From: Raillietiella orientalis
Taxonomy: Eukaryota
Length of the DNA: 64,000 nucleotides
Reading direction: 5' to 3'
Assembly: GCA_036172245.1 (NCBI GenBank)
Contig: JAYWIR010000112.1
Location: 1 to 64,000 of the forward strand
Each line of letters begins with the position of its first letter. Within the stretch, counting starts at the first letter, position 1. A program made the translations under genes and the position numbers. This document shows, piece after piece, positions 27,301 through 39,880 of this stretch. Under the pieces are notes generated by a model that was given only the letters and a program-made list of their open reading frames with translations, had not been told where the DNA came from and ran no database searches.

Positions 27301-30300
27301 ATTCTAAATCAGGACATTTCACCAATGCACTTTTGCTCTTTCTCGCGATGCATCCATTTGCAGTGAGCTGCAAATTCACGGAGTATAGCCGAACATCATT
27401 CCAACTTCTTGGTTTCAGAGGATGACTAAGGGGATTCCAACATATAATTATGGTGGGGCACTTTTGACTCTGCGCTGTTTCCATGGCAAGCAGCGTTGGA
27501 ATTAGAAGGCGAGTGTTTTCCTTCGATGTGATTCATTATGTGGTCAAGATTTACAACTTTTGTGAGTTTTCATCAATTCTAAATCAGGACATTTCACCAA
27601 TGCACTTTTGCTCTTTCTCGCGATGCATCCATTTGCAGTGAGCTGCAAATTCACGGAATGGAGCCGCACATCATTCCAATTTCTTGGTTTCAGAGGATGA
27701 CTAAGAGGATTCCTACATTTCATTATGGTGGGGCACTTTTGACTCTGCGCTGTTTTCATGGCAACCAGAGTCGGAATTAGAAAGCGAGTATGTTCCTTCG
27801 ATGTGATTCATTATGTGGTCAAAATTTACACCTTTTGTGAGTTTTCATCAATTCTAAATCAGGACATTTCACCAATGCACTTTTGCTCTTTCTCGCGAAG
27901 CATCCATTTGCAGTGAGCTGCAAATTCACGGAATGGAGTCGCACATCATTCCAATTTCTTGGTTTCAGAGGATGACTAATAGGATTCCTACATTTCATTA
28001 TGGTGGGGCACTTTTGACTCTGCGCTGTTTTCACGGCAAGCAGCGTTTGAATTAGAAAGCGAGTGTTTTCCTTCGATGTGATCCATTATGTGGTCAAAAT
28101 TTACAACTTCTGTGAGTTGTAATCAATTGCAAATCAGGACATTTCACCATTGCACTTTTGCGCTTTCTGGTGAAGCATCCATTTGCAGTGAGCTGCAAAT
28201 TCACGGAATGGAGCCGCACATCATTCCATTTTCTTGGTTTCAGAGGATGACTAATAGGATTCCTACATTTCATTATGGTGGGGCATTCTTGACTCTGCGC
28301 TGTTTGCATGGCAACCAGCGTCGGAATTTGAAAGCGAGTGTTTTCCTTCGATGTGATTCATTATGTGGTCAAGATTTACAACTTTTGTGAGTTTTCATCA
28401 ATTCTAAATCAGGACATTTCACCAATGCACTTTTGCTCTTTCTCGCGATGCATCCATTTGCAGTGAGCTGCAAATTCACGGAATGGAGCCGCACATCATT
28501 CCAATTTCTTGGTTTCAGAGGATGACTAAGAGGATTCCTACATTTCATTATGATGGGGCACTTTTGATTCTGCGCTGTTTTCATGGCAACCAGCGTCGGA
28601 ATTTGAAAGCGAGTGTTTTCCTTCGATGTGATTCATTATGTGGTCAAGATTTACAACTTTAGTGAGTTGTAATCAACTGCAAATCAGGACATTTCACCAT
28701 TGCACTTTTGCTCTTTCTCGCGAAGCATCCATTTGCAGTGAGCTGCAAATTCACGGAGTATAGCCGAACATCATTCCAACTTCTTGGTTTCAGAGGATGA
28801 CTAAGGGGATTCCTACATTTAATTATGGTGGGGAACTTTTGACTCTGCGCTGTTTCCATGGCAAGCAGCGTTGGAATTAGAAGGCGAGTGTTTTCCTTCG
28901 ATGTGATCGATTATGTGGTCAAAATTTACAACTTTTGTGAGTTGTAATCAATTGCAAATCAGGACATTTCACCATTGCACTTTTGCGCTTTCTGGCGAAG
29001 CATCCATTTGCGGTGAGCTGCAAATTCACGGAATGGAGCCGCACATCATTCCAATTTCTTGGTTTCAGAGGATGACTAAGAGGATTCCTACATTTCATTA
29101 TGGTGGGGCATTTTTGACTCTGCGCTGTTTGCATGGCAACCAGCGTCGGAATTTGAAAGCGAGTGTTTTCCTTCGATGTGATTCATTATGTGGTCAAGAT
29201 TTACAACTTTTTTGAGTTGTAATCAATTCCAAATCAGTACATTTAACCATTGCACTTTTGCTCTTTCTCGCGAAGCATCCATTTGCAGTGAGCTGCAAAT
29301 TCACGGAATGGAGCCGCACATCATTCCAATTTCTTAGTTTCAGAGGATGACTAAGAGGATTCCTACATTTCATTATGATGGGGCACTTTTGACTCTGCGC
29401 TGTTTTCATGGCAACCAGCGTCGGAATTAGAAAGCGAGTGTTTTCCTTCGATGTGATTCATTATGTGGTCAAGATTTACAACTTTTTTGAGTTGTAATCA
29501 ATTCCAAATCAGTACATTTCACCATTGCACTTTTGCTCTTTCTCGCGAAGCATCCATTTGCAGTGAGCTGCAAATTCACGGAGTATAGCCGAACATCATT
29601 CCAGTATCTTGGTTTCAGAGGATGACTAAGGGGATTCCTACATTTAATTATGGTGGGGCACTTTTGACTCTGCGCTGTTTTCACGGCAAGCAGCGTTCGA
29701 ATTAGAAAGCGAGTGTTTTCCTTCGATGTGATCCATTATGTGGTGAAAATTTAAAACTTTTGTGAGTTGTAATCAATTGCAAATCAGGACATTTCACCAT
29801 TGCACTTTTGCGCTTTCTCGCGAAGCATCCATTTGCAGTGAGCTGCAAATTCACGGAATGGAGCCGCACATCATTCCAATTTCTTGGTTTAAAGGATGAC
29901 TAAGAGGATTCCTACATTTCATTATGGTGGGGCACTTTTGACTCTGCGCTGTTTTCATGGCAACCAGAGTCGGAATTAGAAAGCGAGTATGTTCCTTCGA
30001 TGTGATTCATTATGTGGTCAAAATTTACAACTTTTGTGAGTTTTCATCAATTCTAAATCAGGACATTTCACCAATGCACTTTTGCTCTTTCTCGCGAAGC
30101 ATCCATTTGCAGTGAGCTGCCAATTCACAGAATGGAGCCGCACATCATTCCAATTTCTTGGTTTCAGAGGATGACTAATAGGATTCCTACATTTCATTAT
30201 GATGGGGCACTTTTGATTCTGCGCTGTTTTCATGGCAACCAGCGTCGGAATTTGAAAGCGAGTGTTTTCCTTCGATGTGATTCATTATGTGGTCAAGATT

Positions 30301-33300
30301 TACAACTTTTTTGAGTTGTAATCAATTCCAAATCAGTACAATTGACCATTGCACTTTTGCTCTTTCTCGCGAAGCATCCATTTGCAGTGAGCTGCAAATT
30401 CACGGAATGGAGCCGCACATCATTCCAATTTCTTGGTTTCAGAGGATGACTAAGAGGATTCCTACATTTCATTATGATGGGGCACTTTTGACTCTGCGCT
30501 GTTTTCATGGCAACCAGCGTCGGAATTAGAAAGCGAGTGTTTATCTTCGATGTGATTCATTATGTGGTCAAAATTTACAACTTTTGTGAGTTGTAATCAA
30601 TTCCAAATCAGTACATTTCACCATTGCACTTTTGCTCTTTCTCGCGAAGCATCCATTTGCAGTGAGCTGCAAATTCACGGAGTGTAGCCGAACATCATTC
30701 CAATTTCTTGGTTTCAGAGGATGACTAAGGGGATTCCTACATTTAATTATGGTGGGGCACTTTTGACTCTGCGCTGTTTTCACGGCAAGCAGCGTTGGAA
30801 TTAGAAAGCGAGTGTTTTCCTTCGATGTGATCCATTATGTGGTCAAAATTTACAACTTCTGTGAGTTGTAATCAATTGCAAATCAGGACATTTCACCATT
30901 GCACTTTTGCGCTTTCTGGCGGAACATCCATTTGCAGTTAGCTGCAAATTCACGGAATGGAGCCGCACATCATTCCAATTTCTTGGTTTCAGAGGATGAC
31001 TAAATGGATTCCTACATTTCATTATGGTGGGGCATTCTTGACTCTGCGCTGTTTGCATGGCAACCAGCGTCGGAAAATGAAAGCGAGTGTTTTCCTTCGA
31101 TGTGATTCATTATGTGGTCAAGATTTACAACTTTTGTGAGATTTCATCAATTCTAAATGAGGACATTTCACCAATGCACTTTTGCTCTTTCTCGCGAAGC
31201 ATCCATTTGCAGTGAGCTGCAAATTCACGGAATGGAGCCGCACATCATTCCAATTTCTTGGTTTCAGAGGATGACTAAGAGGATTCCTACATTTCATTAT
31301 GATGGGGCACTTTTGATTCTGCGCTGTTTTCATGGCAACCAGCGTCGGAATTTGAAAGCGACTGTTTTCCTTCGATGTGATTCATTATGTGGTCAAGATT
31401 TACAACTTTTTTGAGTTGTAATCAATTCCAAATCAGTACAATTGACCATTGCACTTTTGCTCTTTCTCGCGAAGCATCCATTTGCAGTGAGCTGCAAATT
31501 CACGGAATGGAGCCGCACATCATTCCAATTTCTTGGTTTCAGAGGATGACTAAGAGGATTCCTACATTTCATTATGATGGGGCACTTTTGACTCTGCGCT
31601 GTTTTCATGGCAACCAGCGTCGGAATTAGAAAGCGAGTGTTTTCCTTCGATGTGATTCATTATGTGGTCAAAATTTACAACTTTTGTGAGTTGTAATCAA
31701 TTCCAAATCAGTACATTTCACCATTGCACTTTTGCTCTTTCTCGCGAAGCATCCATTTGCAGTGAGCTGCAAATTCACGGAGTATAGCCGAACATCATTC
31801 CAATTTCTTGGTTTCAGAGGATGACTAAGGGGATTCCTACATTTAATTATGGTGGGGCACTTTTGACTCTGCGCTGTTTTCACGGCAAGCAGCGTTGGAA
31901 TTAGAAAGCGAATGTTTTCCTTCGATGTGATCCATTATGTGGTCAAAATTTACAACTTCTGTGAGTTGTAATCAATTGCAAATCAGGACATTTCACCATT
32001 GCACTTTTGCGCTTTCTGGCGGAGCATCCATTTGCAGTTAGCTGCAAATTCACGGAATGGAGCCGCACATCATTCCAATTTCTTGGTTTCAGAGGATGAC
32101 TAAGAGGATTCCTACATTTCATTATGGTGGGGCATTTTTGACTCTGCGCTGTTTGCATGGCAACCAGCGTCGGAATTTGAAAGCGAGTGTTTTCCTTCGA
32201 TGTGATTCATTATGTGGTCAAGATTTACAACTTTTTTGAGTTGTAATCAATTCCAAATCAGTACATTTAACCATTGCACTTTTGCTCTTTCTCGCGAAGC
32301 ATCCATTTGCAGTGAGCTGCAAATTCACGGAATGGAGCCGCACATCATTCCAATTTCTTAGTTTCAGAGGATGACTAAGAGGATTCCTACATTTCATTAT
32401 GATGGGGCACTTTTGACTCTGCGCTGTTTTCATGGCAACCAGCGTCGGAATTAGAAAGCGAGTGTTTTCCTTCGATGTGATTCATTATGTGGTCAAGATT
32501 TACAACTTTTTTGAGTTGTAATCAATTCCAAATCAGTACATTTCACCATTGCACTTTTGCTCTTTCTCGCGAAGCATCCATTTGCAGTGAGCTGCAAATT
32601 CACAGAATGGAGCCGCACATCATTCCAATTTCTTGGTTTCAGAGGATGACTAATAGGATTCCTACATTTCATTATGATGGGGCACTTTTGATTCTGCGCT
32701 GTTTTCATGGCAACCAGCGTCGGAATTTGAAAGCGAGTGTTTTCCTTCGATGTGATTCATTATGTGGTCAAGATTTACAACTTTTTTGAGTTGTAATCAA
32801 TTCCAAATCAGTACAATTGACCATTGCACTTTTGCTCTTTCTCGCGAAGCATCCATTTGCAGTGAGCTGCAAATTCACGGAATGGAGCCGCACATCATTC
32901 CAATTTCTTGGTTTCAGAGGATGACTAAGAGGATTCCTACATTTCATTATGATGGGGCACTTTTGACTCTGCGCTGTTTTCATGGCAACCAGCGTCGGAA
33001 TTAGAAAGCGAGTGTTTATCTTCGATGTGATTCATTATGTGGTCAAAATTTACAACTTTTGTGAGTTGTAATCAATTCCAAATCAGTACATTTCACCATT
33101 GCACTTTTGCTCTTTCTCGCGAAGCATCCATTTGCAGTGAGCTGCAAATTCACGGAGTATAGCCGAACATCATTCCAATTTCTTGGTTTCAGAGGATGAC
33201 TAAGGGGATTCCTACATTTAATTATGGTGGGGCACTTTTGACTCTGCGCTGTTTTCACGGCAAGCAGCGTTGGAATTAGAAAGCGAGTGTTTTCCTTCGA

Positions 33301-36300
33301 TGTGATCCATTATGTGGTCAAAATTTACAACTTCTGTGAGTTGTAATCAATTGCAAATCAGGACATTTCACCATTGCACTTTTGCGCTTTCTGGCGGAGC
33401 ATCCATTTGCAGTTAGCTGCAAATTATGGAATGGAGCCGCACATCATTCCAATTTCTTGGTTTCAGAGGATGACTAAGAGGATTCCTACATTTCATTATG
33501 ATGGGGCACTTTTGATTCTGCGCTGTTTGCATGGCAACCAGCGTCGGAATTTGAAAGCGAGTGTTTTCCTTCGATGTGATTCATTATGTGGTCAAGATTT
33601 ACAACTTTTTTGAGTTGTAATCAATTCCAAATCAGTACATTTGACCATTGCACTTTTGCTCTTTCTCGCGAAGCATCCATTTTGCAGTGAGCTGCAAATT
33701 CACGGAATGGAGCCGCACATCATTCCAATTTCTTGGTTTTCAGAGGATGACTAGGGGGATTCCTACATTTAATTATGGTGGGGCACTTTTGACTCTGCGC
33801 TGTTTTCCATGGCAAGCAGCGTTGGAATTACAAGGCGATTGTTTCCTTCGATGTGATCGATTATGTGGTCAAATTTACAACTTTTGTGAGTTGCCAATCA
33901 ATTACAAATCAGGACATTTCACCATTGCACTTTTGCGCTTTCTGGCGAAGCATCCATTTGCAGTGAGCTGCAAATTCACGGAATGGAGCCGCACATCATT
34001 CCAATTTCTTGGTTTCAGAGGATGACTAAGAGGATTCCTACATTTCATGATGGTGGGGCATTTTTGACTCTGCGCTGTTTGCATGGCAACCAGCGTCGGA
34101 ATTTGAAAGCGAGTGTTTTCCTTCGATGTCATTCATTATGTGGTCAAGATTTACAACTTTTGTGAGTTTTCATCATTTCTAAATCAGGACATTTCACCAA
34201 TGCACTTTTGCTCTTTCTCGCGATGCATCCATTGGCAGTGAGCTGCAAATTCACGGAATGGAGCCGCACATCATTCCAATTTCTTGGTTTCAGAGGATGA
34301 CTAAGAGGATTCCTACATTTCATTATGATGGGGCACTTTTGATTCTGCGCTGTTTTCATGGCAACCAGCGTCGGAATTTGAAAGCGAGTGTTTTCCTTCG
34401 ATGTGATTCATTATGTGGTCAAGATTACAGCTTTTTTGAGTTGTAATCAGTTCCAAATCAGTACATTTTTGACCATTGCACTTTTGCTCTTTTTCGCGAA
34501 GCATCCATTTGCAGTGAGCTGCAAATTCACGGAGATAGACACACAATCATTCCAATTTCTTGGTTTCAAAGGATGACTAAGAGGATTCCTACATTTCATT
34601 ATGGTGGGGCACTTTTGACTCTGCGCTGTTTTCATGGCAACCAGAGTCGGAATTAGAAAGCGAGTATGTTCCTTCGATGTGATTCATTATGTGGTCAAAA
34701 TTTACAACTTTTTTGAGTTGTAATCAATTCCAAATCAGTACATTTCACCATTGCACTTTTGCTCTTTCTCGCGAAGCATCCATTTGCAGTGAGCTGCAAA
34801 TTCACGGAGTATAGCCGAACATCATTCCAGTATCTTGGTTTCAGAGGATGACTAAGGGGATTCCTACATTTAATTATGGTGGGGCACTTTTGACTCTGCG
34901 CTGTTTTCACGGCAAGCAGCGTTTGAATTAGAAAGCGAGTGTTTTCCTTCGATGTGATCCATTATGTGGTCAAAATTTACAACTTCTGTGAGTTGTAATC
35001 AATTGCGAATCAGGACATTTCACCATTGCACTTTTGCGCTTTCTGGCGAAGCATCCATTTGCGGTGAGCTGCAAATTCACGGAATGGAGCCGCACATCAT
35101 TCCAATTTCTTGGTTTCAGAGGATGACTAAGAGGATTCCTACATTTCATTATGGTGGGGCATTTTTGACTCTGCGCTGTTTGCATGGCTACCAGCGTCGG
35201 AATTTGAAAGCGAGTGTTTTCCTTCGATGTGATTCATTATGTGGTCAAGATTTACAACTTTTTTGAGTTGTAATCAATTCCAAATCAGTACATTTAACCA
35301 TTGCACTTTTGCTCTTTCTCGCGAAGCATCCATTTGCAGTGAGCTGCAAATTCACGGAATGGAGCCGCACATCATTCCAATTTCTTAGTTTCAGAGGATG
35401 ACTAAGAGGATTCCTACATTTCATTATGATGGGGCACTTTTGACTCTGCGCTGTTTTCATGGCAACCAGCGTCGGAATTAGAAAGCGAGTGTTTTCCTTC
35501 GATGTGATTCATGATGTGGTCAAGATTTACAACTTTTTTGAGTTGTAATCAATTCCAAGTCAGTACATTTCACCATTGCACTTTTGCTCTTTCTCGCGAA
35601 GCATCCATTTGCAGTGAGCTGCAAATTCACGGAGTATAGCCGAACATCATTCCAGTATCTTGGTTTCAGAGGATGACTAAGGGGATTCCTACATTTAATT
35701 ATGGTGGGGCACTTTTGACTCTGCGCTGTTTTCACGGCAAGCAGCGTTGGAATTAGAAAGCGAGTGTTTTCCTTCGATGTGATCCATTATGTGGTGAAAA
35801 TTTAAAACTTTTGTGAGTTGTAATCAATTGCAAATCAGGACATTTCACCATTGCACTTTTGCGCTTTCTCGCGAAGCATCCATTTGCAGTGAGCTGCCAA
35901 TTCACGGAATGGAGCCGCACATCATTCCAATTTCTTGGTTTCAAAGGATGACTAAGAGGATTCCTACATTTCATTATGGTGGGGCACTTTTGACTCTGCG
36001 CTGTTTTCATGGCAACCAGCGTCGGAATTTGAAAGCGAGTGTTTTCCTTCGATGTGATTCATTATGTGGTCAAGATTTACAACTTTTTTGAGTTGTAATC
36101 AATTCCAAATCAGTACATTTGACCATTGCACTTTTGCTCTTTCTCGCGAAGCATCCATTTGCAGTGAGCTGCAAATTCACGGAATGGAGCCGCACATCAT
36201 TCCAATTTCTTGGTTTCAGAGGATGACTAAGAGGATTCCTACATTTCATTATGGTGGGGCACTTTTGACTCTGCGCTGTTTTCACGGCAAGCAGCGTTTG

Positions 36301-36599
36301 AATTAGAAAGCGAGTGTTTTCCTTCGATGTGATCCATTATGTGGTCAAAATTTACAACTTCTGTGAGTTGTAATCAATTGCAAATCAGGACATTTCACCA
36401 TTGCACTTTTGCGCTTTCTGGCGAAGCATCCATTTGCAGTGAGCTGCAAATTCACGGAATGGAGCCGCACATCATTCCAATTTCTTGGTATCAGAGGATG
36501 ACTAAGTGGATTCCTACATTTCATTATGGTGGGGCATTCTTGACTCTGCGCTGTTTGCATGGCAACCAGCGTCGGAATTTGAAAGCGAGTGTTTTCCTT

Positions 36600-39500
36600 C
36601 GATGTGATCGATTATGTGGTCAAAATTTACAACTTTTGTGAGTTGTAATCAATTGCAAATCAGGACATTTCACCATTGCACTTTTGCGCTTTCTGGCGAA
36701 GCATCCATTTGCGGTGAGCTGCAAATTCACGGAATGGAGCCGCACATCATTCCAATTTCTTGGTTTCAGAGGATGACTAAGAGGATTCCTACATTTCATT
36801 ATGGTGGGGCATTTTTGACTCTGCGCTGTTTGCATGGCAACCAGCGTCGGAATTTGAAAGCGAGTGTTTTCCTTCGATGTGATTCATTATGTGGTCAAGA
36901 TTTACAACTTTTTTGAGTTGTAATCAATTCCAAATCAGTACATTTAACCATTGCACTTTTGCTCTTTCTCGCGAAGCATCCATTTGCAGTGAGCTGCAAA
37001 TTCACGGAATGGAGCCGCACATCATTCCAATTTCTTGGTTTCAGAGGATGACTAAGAGGATTCCTACATTTCATTATGATGGGGCACTTTTGACTCTGCG
37101 CTGTTTTCATGGCAACCAGCGTCGGAATTAGAAAGCGAGTGTTTTCCTTCGATGTGATTCATTATGTGGTCAAGATTTACAACTTTTTTGAGTTGTAATC
37201 AATTCCAAATCAGTACATTTCACCATTGCACTTTTGCTCTTTCTCGCGAAGCATCCATTTGCAGTGAGCTGCAAATTCACGGAGTATAGCCGAACATCAT
37301 TCCAGTATCTTGGTTTCAGAGGATGACTAAGGGGATTCCTACATTTAATTATGGTGGGGCACTTTTGACTCTGCGCTGTTTTCACGGCAAGCAGCGTTCG
37401 AATTAGAAAGCGAGTGTTTTCCTTCGATGTGATCCATTATGTGGTGAAAATTTAAAACTTTTGTGAGTTGTAATCAATTGCAAATCAGGACATTTCACCA
37501 TTGCACTTTTGCGCTTTCTCGCGAAGCATCCATTTGCAGTGAGCTGCAAATTCACGGAATGGAGCCGCACATCATTCCAATTTCTTGGTTTCAGAGGATG
37601 ACTAAGAGGATTCCTACATTTCATTATGATGGGGCACTTTTGACTCTGCGCTGTTTTCATGGCAACCAGCGTCGGAATTAGAAAGCGAGTGTTTTCCTTC
37701 GATGTGATTCATTATGTGGTCAAAATTTACAACTTTTGTGAGTTGTAATCAATTCCAAATCAGTACATTTCACCATTGCACTTTTGCTCTTTCTCGCGAA
37801 GCATCCATTTGCAGTGAGCTGCAAATTCACGGAATATAGCCGCACATCATTCCAATTTCTTGGTTTCAGAGGATGACTAAGGGGATTCCTACATTTCATT
37901 ATGGTGGGGCACTTTTGACTCTGCGCTGTTTTCACGGCAAGCAGCGTTGGAATTAGAAAGCGAGTGTTTTCCTTCGATGTGATCCATTATGTGGTCAAAA
38001 TTTACAACTTCTGTGAGTTGTAATCAATTGCAAATCAGGACATTTCACCATTGCACTTTTGCGCTTTCTGGCGAAGCATCCATTTGCAGTGAGCTGCAAA
38101 TTCACGGAATGGAGCCGGACATCATTCCAATTTCTTGGTATCAGAGAATGACTAAGTGGATTCCTACATTTCATTATGGTGGGGCATTCTTGACTCTGCG
38201 CTGTTTGCATGGCAACCAGCGTCGGAATTTGAAAGCGAGTGTTTTCCTTCGATGTGATTCATTATGTGGTCAAGATTTACAACTTTTGTGAGTTTTCATC
38301 AATTCTAAATCAGGACATTTCACCAATGCACTTTTGCTCTTTCTCGCGATGCATCCATTTGCAGTGAGCTGCAAATTCACGGAATGGAGCCGCACATCAT
38401 TCCAATTTCTTGGTTTCAGAGGATGACTAAGAGGATTCCTACATTTCATTATGATGGGGCACTTTTGATTCTGCGCTGTTTTCATGGCAACCAGCGTCGG
38501 AATTTGAAAGCGAGTGTTTTCCTTCGATGTGATTCATTATGTGGTCAAGATTTACAACTTTAGTGAGTTGTAATCAACTGCAAATCAGGACATTTCACCA
38601 TTGCACTTTTGCTCTTTCTCGCGAAGCATCCATTTGCAGTGAGCTGCAAATTCACGGAGTATAGCCGAACATCATTCCAACTTCTTGGTTTCAGAGGATG
38701 ACTAAGGGGATTCCTACATTTAATTATGGTGGGGCACTTTTGACTCTGCGCTGTTTCCATGGCAAGCAGCATTGGAATTAGAAGGCGAGTGTTTTCCTTC
38801 GATGTGATCGATTATGTGGTTAAAATTTACAACTTTTGTGAGTTGTAATCAATTGCAAATCAGGACATTTCACCATTGCACTTTTGCGCTTTCTGGCGAA
38901 GCATCCATTTGCGGTGAGCTGCAAATTCACGGAATGGAGCCGCACATCATACCAATTTCTTGGTTTCAGAGGATGACTAAGAGGATTCCTACATTTCATT
39001 ATGGTGGGGCATTTTTGACTCTGCGCTGTTTGCATGGCAACCAGCGTCGGAATTTGAAAGCGAGTGTTTTCCTTCGATGTGATTCATTATGTGGTCAAGA
39101 TTTACAACTTTTTTGAGTTGTAATCAATTCCAAATCAGTACATTTAACCATTGCCCTTTTGCTCTTTCTCGCGAAGCATCCATTTGCAGTGAGCTGCAAA
39201 TTCACGGAATGGAGCCGCACATCATTCCAATTTCTTAGTTTCAGAGGATGACTAAGAGGATTCCTACATTTCATTATGATGGGGCACTTTTGACTCTGCG
39301 CTGTTTTCATGGCAACCAGCGTCGGAATTAGAAAGCGAGTGTTTTCCTTCGATGTGATTCATTATGTGGTCAAGATTTACAACTTTTTTGAGTTGTAATC
39401 AATTCCAAATCAGTACATTTCACCATTGCACTTTTGCTCTTTCTCGCGAAGCATCCATTTGCAGTGAGCTGCAAATTCACGGAGTATAGCCGAACATCAT

Positions 39501-39880
39501 CCCAGTATCTTGGTTTCAGAGGATGACTAAGGGGATTCCTACATTTAATTATGGTGGGGCACTTTTGACTCTGCGCTGTTTTCACGGCAAGCAGCGTTCG
39601 AATTAGAAAGCGAGTGTTTTCCTTCGATGTTATCCATTATGTGGTGAAAATTTAAAACTTTTGTGAGTTGTAATCAATTGCAAATCAGGACATTTCACCA
39701 TTGCACTTTTGCGCTTTCTCGCGAAGCATCCATTTGCAGTGAGCTGCAAATTCACGGAATGGAGCCGCACATCATTCCAATTTCTTGGTTTCAAAGGATG
39801 ACTAAGAGGATTCCTACATTTCATTATGGTGGGGCACTTTTGACTCTGCGCTGTTTTCATGGCAACCAGAGTCGGAATTA
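36600..39880. repeat. Local 8-monomer (2200-bp) periodicity
   Basis: Variant-matched ORFs at 36614/38814, 36895/39095, 37170/39370 and 37463/39663. Confidence 0.72.

Noticed and set aside
33648..34635. Longer, different-looking ORFs (125 aa at 33648 and others)
   Set aside because: They arise from frame-shifting indels in the error-like patch that join reading frames of adjacent monomers.
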